Source: Antedon mediterranea (lineage: Eukaryota > Animalia > Echinodermata). From it: a DNA stretch of 64,000 nucleotides. Below, piece by piece: positions 25,001 to 37,000 of this stretch; position 1 is the first letter of the stretch, and every line of letters starts with the position of its first letter. The position numbers and the translations under genes were made by a program. The stretch is taken from assembly GCF_964355755.1 (NCBI RefSeq), contig NC_092679.1, positions 16,599,432 to 16,663,431 of the forward strand, in the 5' to 3' direction. Under the pieces are notes generated by a model. That model searched no databases and was not told the origin of the DNA. It worked only from the letters and a program-made list of their open reading frames with translations.

Positions 25001-28000
25001 TAGACTCAATATTCAATGTGTGCGGATCATGATCTGTAGCTACAAATAGATTAGGGTGGATGTTGAATTGAGTGATGTGTGTAGGTGGAAAGATACTAAA
25101 CATAAAAACCTCACAGAGGTGGGTAGACATAGGACTAGACTATGAGGTATTTAATAAAAAGGTGAAGATTACAATACGATTTATATTGAGTAGAAGAAGA
25201 ATTTCACACTTGATCGTCATAAGCCAAATATAATTTGGATATCTCAGATTCCTACCATATTGTCCATTAGCAGGTTTTTTACAGTATCTAGGCCAGTTTA
25301 TATCTTGTATTCACACTAGGATAAAAAAACTTGGCAAATTAAGCTTTGGCTGTATATCTTGGAAAGGTGTCATCGTTCTTGACACAGTTCTAAATCCTGA
25401 ATATTACTATTGTTCACATGTTTCCTTATAGTCTTCGTTGTTGGTATTAGGAAAGATATGGGTTGAGGAGGTAGTTGTTAGGAATTTGTGGGAAGTGAAA
25501 TGCCCTATGTACTGTCATGTACAGTCATAAAAAGCACATAATTTTACAGTAAAGTCCCTATTAAGAGAACATCTTTGGACCAGTGTGTCCCATAGGGATG
25601 TTCACTAAATAAAAAAAGCATATATTTATACAGTAAAGCTCCCTATTAAGTGTACACATTCGGACCAGTGTGTGTCCTTAATAGGGCTACCCACTGAATA
25701 GGGGTTGACCATATAGTTTTAAAATATATATATTGGTACAGGAAAAGTTCTTCCCATTATAAATAGGGTGTCTCCTGAATAATTAGTGGGTGACAATAGC
25801 TTTCGTAAGGGAAAGATTTCCTTGTCCCAAAGGAGAGATTCTACTGTAGTTGATTATTAAAGAAGCATATGTAAATTTAACTTTTTTTTCTCTAAGCTAA
25901 CAACCAGCCATCTCTGGATATGAGGAAACCGGGTCTGGTACATGATAAAGCTATAACTGTATATTTCAAACTTAATAAATGTTGTGTATTTCAATTTGAT
26001 CAGGTTGAATTGATGGGCCAAAGTATTTATGAGTACACACATCCATGTGATCATGATGAGATTCGTGAACAATTAGCCGATAAGCAAGGATCAACATCGG
26101 CTTCAAGAGATCATCACAGCTTCCTCCTTCGTCTGAAATGCACTCTGACCGACAAAGGCAAAACAGTTAATCTGAAGTCGGCAGTCTACAAAGTAAGTGT
26201 ATGAAGTGATCGCTTAACAGTGGCGGAACCAGGAATTTGAAATAAAGGGAAAGGGTGTGAGTTGGGTATTGGCCTAAACATGGTAAAAATAAAGTGCTGA
26301 ACAGAGCCTACTCTGTCTTATCTTTTTCTTTGTAAATTTCAAAAGTTTTGCTGGGCCTCCTTGGACCCACTTACGGTTATTACAAATATACAGTGTGCCC
26401 TTCGAATAAGTGCCAATTCCAACATTGATTTACTATTAGGTGCTATATAAAACGGCCATTACTTGAAAATCAAAACTATTGAAGTACAGGATAATATGAT
26501 GCTTTTACTTATTTAGGCTCTCCAGTGCACTGCTCACAAAGAGTGGATTGAGACCATCAATTTGTCAACATCTGCAAAAACGTTATATCTTGTTGTCGTG
26601 GCATGTCCTATTCCACACCCATCCAACATTGAACATCCGCTGGACAGTAAAACATTTGTTTCCAGACACAACCTTGACATGACATTCACAGATTGTGATG
26701 AAAGGTAAGTTTTGACTAAAGAGGTATTAACAAATTTTTTTTCTTCAGGAATATGGTAGAAAAAAAGGATCCTCTTTTGTTAACAGCACTTTGATCCAAC
26801 CTAATATCCATGCCTATGGGCTTCTTTGCTCAGGCACCAGAGATCTGGAACCAACTTCCTCGTTCCATCCATTACAATCCATCCCCTTTTCAATTCAAAT
26901 CTCTCCTGAAAACTCACCTATTTCAATAGTTATTCTTTTCATGTTATGCTGTGAGATTCGGTAAAGAGCGCTTTATAAATGTTTGATATTATTAGAAGAA
27001 GAGGAGTAATTTTACAAACTGTTAGTAACCTGTATTCTGTCCTCATTGTACAGCCGTCTCATGGTCTGTTAATTTTCTGTCTTTTTGTCTACCATCTTGA
27101 AATGAAACTATGCTAGGGTGAACTTGTTGCTGTTTCTGTCGTCTGAACATGGCTAGCCGATTCTCGGTACTGTATCTATTTCCGAAGTATCATAGAATTA
27201 TTTGGCAATACAACATCACATGTGTTTCACATGTGATGCTGTATTACCAAATATTCCTGTGTGTGATATCTCGGAAATAGATTTATGTGGAGATAGAGCA
27301 CTGGGAATCTGGTGACACGGCTTTAAACTGAAATAGTTTCATACGTCTTGAGATTTGATAATGAACACGTTGCTATGGGCATCTTTTTTTGTATTCTGTT
27401 TATTTTATGTGTCCAATATTCAACAGCGATTAAGAATTGGCAGTTCAATGGAATAAAAGAAACTCTGGTTGTGACGTACTCAACCTTGGTTCAGTCATGC
27501 CATGAGCTGTTCATGTGACTCATAAGCATTCTGTTAAATGTTAGTCCCTAGTGAAAAAACTTTACTGCAGTGACAGGTGATGAATTGGCCTACTTCAGCT
27601 AAATCTATAGCAGTTTGTTAGACTTTGACATAATAACTCTGCTTGATCAGTGAAAAATTTAAGGCCCTATAATTAATGTGTATCAGGCATGTAGGATTGA
27701 TTTAAAGACCTATTGAACACCCTTATGTGTTCAACAAATTGTCCCCATGAGAGATGTAATTATGTGTGATATATACTGCATTGTCTAACAGTTACAGTAT
27801 ATGAAATTTCAATGTGGACAATGTTTGACTTCTTTCTGCAGAATGTATGTAGTGGCATATTTAGAGAACAATTAATGTAAATTTACACTCTCGCGAAAAG
27901 TTGGGAGGGCCCTTGGCCTATAGCCACGGAACAATAATTAAAGATGTTCAGCTTTTAATAACGTATCTTTACGCCACAAAAGCCTGATCACAATGTATTT

Positions 28001-31000
28001 CTTGGACTTTCAAATGTGTAGACTGTTTTCTATAGTCTACTCGACCAATATTGAAAACTGAAAAACAGAAACTCTTCCAAATACAGAGGTCCAAAAGGTG
28101 TTTTGTACCAATAAAAATGCATTCGGAATGCCAGACTTTGCAGAAAACCAGACATATTAGACAAACCCAAGAGTTTTTTGTATTGGCAGAGTTGTATATA
28201 AAATACTTATTTTCATAATCATGCTATATGGTGTAAACATCAATTAGTATTTATCTTTTCATCAGGCGCCTCTTAACTTTTATGGCTTTTAATTTGATTG
28301 ATTTTCTGTATTTAAAAGATGCCTTGTTGTTTTGCGTTTTTGTCCATCTCTTATTGTGTTATTGTATTTGCTGAAATAAATAGTATTATTGTTAATTTCA
28401 GAATTGAGGAGCTGTTAGGATACAATGTATCACAAGTGGAAGGTCATTCCTTTTACAAATTCATCCATGCAGGTGATAACCAAGTTGTAGAGAAGAATTT
28501 AAAGAATTGTAAGTACGCCATTCTTCAAAGTCTTCTTCACTATTGTATGGCCGATCACAGCAGAACTCGTAAAACTGCTTTCTATTGTATTGTTTTTTAA
28601 TATTATTTATATTTTTGTTTTGAGGAGCCTATTCACTACAAGCTATGCTTTTATTTATGCTCCTCCACTTTATATAAGTTATTAGTAAAGTGAAATAAAT
28701 GAAATGAAATGGTGCTGTTGACCTCCCCATTTACATACATGGTACCCCTTGGTCTAAAGGAAGTTCAGATGAGAAAGTTTATAAAAGAAAAATTCTGAAG
28801 AAAACTTTATTATTATTATCAATATGAAGCATTCAAATATAATTAGTTTATTTCAATGTAAATACTCATTGTGTTACATTACTTATTAATTTACATTAAA
28901 GATTTAATGTCTCCCAGAAAAAATAATTTGTTGAATATGCCATTTAAATGTCACATAATAGTTATCCACTTTAAACAAAAAATTTATTTATGTGAAAAAA
29001 CTGTAATTTGAAGCAAAAAATAGTCAAACTGGCTGCCAGCCAATGGGCTTTTTTGTTGAATTTACCATTTATTTTGTCATTTTATATGAGAAAACATTAT
29101 TTTTTTAATGTTTTTTTTGACAGAAGTGATTAACTTTATTAAAACTACAAAATAACCTATTCAAAGTCTGATTTAATTAATCTTCATTTTCATTTTTTTG
29201 GGGGACAATGCATCTTTAAAAAATCTTTACCTCTGAGTTTTTTTTTTCACAAAGCCATAAGTAAAAAATAAATGACATCATTGAGGACTGTTTCATAAAA
29301 TTGAAAGTTTTTGAATGAGAAGTGTGTGAATAAGACGATTTGGAAACTATGCAGTCCGATTTCGTTTCCGTCTAATGTTTTTGATACTTTCAAACAGACA
29401 TGGGGTAATTCTATCACCTCATCATTTAAATTTGAAGGTGATGAATGAATTATTTTGGAACGCTAGTATGTAACCATCTGCCGCTACTATTAAACCTGTT
29501 TTATTTATTGCTATTAATTGTTACCTGGATTTTTTCGTGATAACAAAGAGAATTAACCCCCCTAAAGCATATTATATTAAACATACCAAAGTGCGGATCA
29601 AGACCTCCTTTATAAACATTTTCACTAACACCTGCGGTTTTGTTTACAGTATATGCCAAAGGACAATCTGTGATTGGTCGATATCGGTTTCTGGCTAAAG
29701 TTGGTGGCTATGCATGGATGAGCACAGAAGCAACAATCATATACCATAACAAGTCGTGCAAACCGCAGTGCATTGTGTGTATCCATTATATGATAAGGTA
29801 TAAAATTTTTTAAAACCTCGGGGGTTCAATAACTGTGTGAAAATGATGAGAATTTGTCATTGTTCAACATCCTTTTGTACACATCATAAAGTATTACAAT
29901 GCAAATCCTTTAAAAGCAATGCTTACAATAAGCTGATTAGAAAACTTGTTTTTCCATTTTTGGTATGATATAAAACTTGACCTATATGAAATTGGTGAAA
30001 CGTCAGCAGTTGTATAGAAATAAAATGGTTGACAGTGTAAAAGGCAGGACAATGCAAGTCTAAAGCCTTGTCTACACTATCAAACTTTATGTGACAAAAA
30101 GTGTGATGTGCTCAAATATGATAGTGATATGCCCAAACGTTGTAGTGATATGACATCATCGTGTCCATATGGGCGCATCACATTTTTTGTCACATACAGT
30201 TTGATAGTGTAGACAGTGCTTAAGTGTAAAAAGGCATTATCAGTTTTTCTTTTTTTTTTATCATTTAACAAATAATCTTAACAAATGATAACCATACAAA
30301 TTAATATTTTTTCAGTGATGTAGAAAAAGAGGAGGAGATTGTGTCATTACAACAAGAAGTTGAAAATTCAAAGACAAAACCAACAGCAAGCAAACAAACT
30401 AATGAAAGTCCCTTTTTGTACTGGAGTCCACACCAGAACAAGACGAGTACGTACTAATATTATTAGCATGTGTCATATCTTCTTTCATAATTGTTTGTAG
30501 AGTTTGCAGATGGGCTGGCAATTTCTTTCTTTTCCCTTATTTACCCCAAAAGGAGTTGGATAGCCGAGTGGTTAGGACACTTGACTGTCATACAGATAGA
30601 CTCGGGTTCTATTCCCGACAACTCCCAGTCCACTCAACTGTATATGAGTACCTGGTTGAAAATACTAGGGAGAAAAAAGGCGGCGTGGAAAGGAACTGGC
30701 CACCGTACCACATAATGCCGAGGCTTAGTACAATGAGCTCCTAACAGCTTATTCCCCTACGTTAAATGAATACGGGACTCACCTTTACCCTTTTTTACCC
30801 CAAAATAAGTCAAAAACATTGTAAACATAAATTAAAATATAATACAGTCAACTCTCCCAATACCGGACTCTCCCAAAACCGGAATTCACGAAAAACCGGA
30901 CTTTTTTGGAGGGCCCAATTTGTCCCTATTCTAAATGTACTGTAATTTAATCCGGACAAATTATGAAGTACAAAACACGAAAATTAGCGTCTGAAAACCG

Positions 31001-34000
31001 GACTGACAGTTAAAAAACTCCAAATATTTACGAAAACAACGTAACATCGTCGTCGCTGACTCGGATTCAATACATTCACAATGTACAAAAGCTTTTAACC
31101 ATACCCTCACCATGCATGAAGTGCGCGACGTTTCGCGGTACGATCAAATAATGTTGCCATGGAGCACTACACTGTGATTGACAGGTCAGTTCATTGTTAA
31201 CCCACGAGGCGGCAATTGTTGCGTATCGAACTGCGGTGGGCTTTTTCACATCGAAGCGCTACGTCTTAATGTCTATTGTTTTTAACAGGGAGTTGTTAAC
31301 AACTCCCTGTTTTTTAGCATATGAATTGTTTTTTAATAAAGTTCAATTTACATTCCACTTTGTGTCTTTGTTTTGTTTAAATTATTGTTAAATTCACAAT
31401 TGCAATAGGACTTTAAAAAGGAATGTTTCACTAAAAATGTGCATCATTATAAATTTGGAAATCATTATGGCAAAACGTAAACAGAATGAACTTGACTTAA
31501 CTAGTGTTAATAAACTTTGAAATGTTACCAATTAATTATTGTGTCATTATTGCTTGGCTCGTTTACCTAATCAATTTTCATCATTGCTATCAAATTACGT
31601 CAAAATAAAGGAGCTTAAAAAACATGTGGTCTAGGTGTGGGCGTTTTTATTTGATTATGACACCTCTGCACATGCGCATCACTCAAAGCCCTTCACCCAT
31701 GCTGCTGCTGCTGCTAGCTAGCTCACGAAAAACAATAAACAGACCGAAATTATGTTCACCGTACGTACGTAGGCCTTTTTGCCGTTAAAAACACATTGAG
31801 AAACAATAATTTACTATTGTAACATGTTTTATTGGTACAGTAAATAATGTAACTTTTAAAAAAGGTAAATTGAATTAGGCCCTAGCTTAATATTAATAAA
31901 GTAGGCCTAGGCCTATCAGTTTATTTAAGTAAAACTAGATTGACACAATCATAGCCTAGGCCTTCCCTACGCTAGGAGACAGTACCGGGCAGCATTCGGA
32001 CCGATGATTCAAAGCATTTTCAGTGACAACGTGATGACTTTAAAAATATGTTTTCAGGAAACCGGACTTTCGAAAAACCGGAAAATATATGCCTGCCCAA
32101 GGGTGTCCGGTATTGGGAGAGTTGACTGTATATCAATGGAAGGGCTAAAAAATAGTCAAAACTAAGTTCAGCCCCTAAACACTGAGGACTAAATAGTTAA
32201 TAAATAAATAATTAAGCGCAACCTTTCTAAACTCAATATACTTTTCTTTTCTTTCAGAACCATAGACTAACATAATACTTGAGATAAGATAGTTAAGAAA
32301 TGACTTAAGTTAAAAAGCGAGGCTTTATTATGAAACCTCTCTTTTTATCTCATGAAATAGATTTTGTCGTAGATTTCAGAAAAAAAATACATAAAAATAA
32401 TTATTATCTTGGGTTATATTCAAAATCATTGACTTAAAGCATGCAATGTTAAGATTATTCTAAGCAATTTGATAAATCAGAACCCAGGTGTGTATAACCC
32501 ATCTTAATATAATACTGTCTGAGTGGCTGAACTATTGCTTGTCAAGTTTGCATTTAAGTTATTAATAGAAAACAACTTTGTTTAACATGAGGAATCTGGA
32601 TTTGCGGTTAACAGATTAGAATTTAGTACGAGTGACCACTCCTAGTGTTGCATTCAAACTAAAAAAGAAACCAATGTGAATCGAATGTTATTGTAAAAAA
32701 AACATTCTTGTGTCTGAACAGGTGCTATGAGGTTTCATGCATGCTTTTTACTTACCCTTGATGCTGTGTGGTTTTCTGTGTGTTTACACTCATTAAAACG
32801 ACATGTTTTATGTATGGCTTTTTCACCTGTACCACACTGTATGTAAAATGTAAGTCCTAGTGTATATAAAAAAAATGTTGATAACAATTTTTGTTTTCTT
32901 ACTACAGTTGAGTTGGATCCTAATGAACTAGATTCACTGGCGCCCACACCTGGGGAAGAATTTGTGCCACTTTTCAGTTCAGCGATGAAAGGTTTGTGAT
33001 TTTTTTAAAATTTCAACTTCCCACTAAGATGTAAATTAGTGAGAGATGGTGGTAAAACCTCTAAAACAGTCAAGTCACATTTGTATTATTATTTATTTAT
33101 ACTGAAGGGGCTGTGTGTGACAGTGGCTTTGTGAGTGAACTAGTACACCAGGGTAAACACTACTCGTCTCAAAAGATGTACTAGGTTTTTAAAGTGTACG
33201 TGAGCTAGATGTGTATACTGTTTAGTCCTTATCCGAGAAGAATCGTTCTACCACCAGAACCATGGAGCGAGTGAGCCTTGAACCATGGAGCGAGTGAGCC
33301 TTGAACCATGGAGCGAGTGAGCCTTGAACCATGGAGCGAGTGAGCCTTGAACCATGGAGCGAGTGAGCCTTGAACCATGGAGCGAGTGAGCCTTGAACCA
33401 TGGAGCGAGTGAGCCTCGAACCATGGAGCGAGTGAGCCTCGAACCCTTGTTGATGTTATGGCTATACAGTTACAGTTCCATTCAGCCACTTACTCGCTTC
33501 TTAATGGAATATTAAGATTATTGATACAGATGGTATGCTGTATTTTGGAGTTTTCCTTTGGTCATTAAGCAAATATTGTTGTATGTGGAGATACAGCACT
33601 GAGAATCTGGTAATTATCACCGTAGCTAACATAACATAATAATACAATCATTACTTAACTTTCGTTTATAGATGGTGAGACGTGTTTAAGCAGAGAAGGA
33701 TCTGTAAACTACTCCGATATGATGGATGGTCTTGGTGATAACTTTATGGACTTCAATCCATTTGCTCCTATGGATTTTGAGAGTGAAGACAAACAGATGT
33801 CACCACAGGTAACATAATATTCTTCACATAACTACAGTGACAATGACAATACCAAGTGAAGTGATTAAGCTCTGTCTACACTATCAAACTAGTTTGACAT
33901 AAAAAGTGTTTTATGCCCAAATATGGTAGTGATATGGCCAAATATGATTATGATATGCCCAAATATAGTAGTGATATGACATCATCATGTCCATATATGG

Positions 34001-37000
34001 GTACAGAGCTTTAATTACAAAGGTTTCTTATATTACATTTTATGTTTTCCTTGTATAACAGGAAGTAAACATTGACCAGGACCAAACTGATATCCTTCCT
34101 AAGAAAGACCAGATTGTGTCAACAGAACAATACATATCAATTGAGGTGAGCCACCGGATTTATTTAAGCTAATTAATCATTATTGCAGTATTCTATGTAT
34201 CGCAACCACAAACGTTTTTTTTTCATGCACTTCCTGGAAGGAGACATACATTTTCCTTTATAGATAATTTTTCTGTTTTAGCTAAATTGAGATTTAACAG
34301 AGCGGTCTAGCGCATTTTAACCCAAAAAACCCTTATATACCCATGCCATTTCTAATAATAATAAATGAACATTTCTATAGCCCCGATATCCTCCACTCAA
34401 GCGGCACCCATGGTTCATATAATGTTACATACTGAAAACTATTAGGGGTAAAATTACATAGATTGTACCTCTTGAAGTACTACTGAGTTATAACACGGTA
34501 TCGACTCAGATGTATAAGATAGTTTTAACTGTTCACTCAAGCACTTAACCTGGTCGTATGGTAGCTATAGCATTGCATAAAAAGAGTTAAATTAAGTATG
34601 TGTAAACACAGCTGTAAGTGACATGGTAGCTATAGCGTTGCATAAAAAGTGTTAAATTTAGTATGTGTAAACACAGCTATAGTGACATGGCAGCTTAAGC
34701 GTTGCATAAAAAGAGTTAAATTTAGTATGTGGAAACACAGCTATAAGTGACATGGCAGCTTAAGCGTTGCATAAAAAGAGTTAAATTTAGTATGTGGAAA
34801 CACAGCTATAAGTTAAGTTGGGTGAAAGTGGATGAGGTAAACTGTAACCGGAGGGTGTTTTTTATTTTACCCAGCCAAAGAGTCCAAATACCATACAAAA
34901 ATACAATACATACTCCAAGCAGACACTTGGCTCAATAGTAATGCTTACTCTTGCCAAGAGGAATTGGCAGGCATATACCTAGACCTAGGGATTGTCATTA
35001 GAAAATTGAAACCCTGTATCTGATTTGTAATAGGATTCAAACATGGATGAGCTTGGCATGAATGCGCCTCTAATTCTAGATGAAGAATGTCAGTTTACCA
35101 CCGACATGTTGACAGACTTGGATGGAGTATGTTGGAACAGTTGGAAGGAGGTTAATCCATTTTCTCTTCCTATGACGTAAGTCTCCCATTCCCACAATTT
35201 ATTTATTTTTTAATTTTTTTCCAAACACAAAATAATACCCAGCCAAAGAGCCCAAATACGGACTTGGATGAAGTATGTTGGAACATTTGTAAGCCTGTTA
35301 TCTGTTTTCTCTTCGTACAGTATGACGTAATATAAGTCTGCCATTTCTCCCACCCCTATAATTGCAAACAAAATAATTCAATGACATTATCACCACTAGT
35401 AGTGTAGTTGTAACTCGGTGGATAACATGCATACATGTGTAACTGTGCTATAATCCTTGCTTGAGTATAATTTATGCTAAGCTTAGACACATGATTTGAA
35501 ATGCAATCCAAGTATAATTCAACCCCCTAATTTACTCCATATTCATACCCAGGCCTCATTGTCATGTGCAGTAGCTTATCCACCACCAAAATTCTGAGAC
35601 ACAGTCAACAGTTCTTCTTCCCCATCTCTTCTCTGTAACTACCTGCCTAATTTATATCAGTACCTTCATTTAACAAGTAACCCATCTTTTTCTGTTACAA
35701 AATAAAGATTTATTATTAACCTGCCTTTTTAGTTTACATTAATTTAACATAATTTCTTCCACCTTTTTGTACCTTTAGGGCATTCATGTTTTAGATATAC
35801 AGTTATTTATCAAGTGAAAATTATTTGTTATTTTATTGCAGGGGGTCTGTTGAAGACACTGTTTGTGAGAGAGCTAATATCATGCCTGATACGCCATATA
35901 TTGACCGTTTGAATACTTCTTTGAGTAAAATGACTGGTTTAAGTCGGAGCATGCCAAACATGTCGGTTGGTCCTGCAAGTACAAAGAACGATGACTTTTC
36001 AAGACCAATTCCAACTCCTGATATTGCCACCAACCAGATGTTCTCACCAGATAACTGTCTTGGGATCCAACAGAACATAAGTGATCAAAGAAATATTCCT
36101 CCAGATATATTGCAGGAACTACCAGGATACAATGGAATACAGGCATCACAAACAGCACCCAGACAAATGACTATGCAAGAATTGCAGATACTATCGCCAA
36201 CACCACAGATGGAATCACAAATCTCACCCCAGCCATTGTTGATGTTATCACAGATATCACCATCACATACGTTATCACAGGTCTCCTCACAATCACCACA
36301 GATGCCATCAAAAATATTTCAGACCACACCACCACACATGTTGCTGAAAACATCAAAGCCACAATCATCTTTGACATCACCACAAATGTCACCGGTCTTA
36401 AGACAACTGCCATCAGAAGGCTCACCACTAATTTCTCAGATCTCAACAGGGCAGGTTTCACCAGTGCCGATCATGTCACCAATTATCTCGCAACAAGGGT
36501 CTCCAATCATCTCACAACAAGGGTCACAGATCGTTCCTCCGTCGGTACTCTCTACATCAACATCCGGAATGATGCTGTCGTTTCCTTATTTTCTGTTGAA
36601 CTATCAATCGGAAAAAAGACCTTGCCCGGATCGGAAAGCAAGCGCGAACCTACCACAATCAGACTTAAGAATACTGAAGCGCAAAATTAGCATTGATGCT
36701 AACCCAATACAAGCTAAATTGTTCGCAAAAGCAGCTAAAAATAAAGAGACATTGGTGAAAAAAGAACGGGAACCAAATAAAAGGAATTGTCCTATTGGTG
36801 AGTATTGTGTTTTGTATTCAAATTGTATTATAATGGTTACCCTATGTTTGAGAAGAAGTCGGTTAAAAATTAATTAATTAATTAAGTTTGTCCCTTGAAA
36901 CACAAAAAATGGAAAAAAAAATATTCTAAATTTAAATTGGCCATATCAAAGTAATATTAAAGTTATTCACTTTAAGTCGAAAATTCGAGCCAAAAACAAC

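Noticed and set aside
33750-33782. FNPFAPMDF as a third prolyl-hydroxylation motif in HIF-alpha
   Set aside because: Does not fit LxxLAP; NODD and CODD equivalents are already accounted for.
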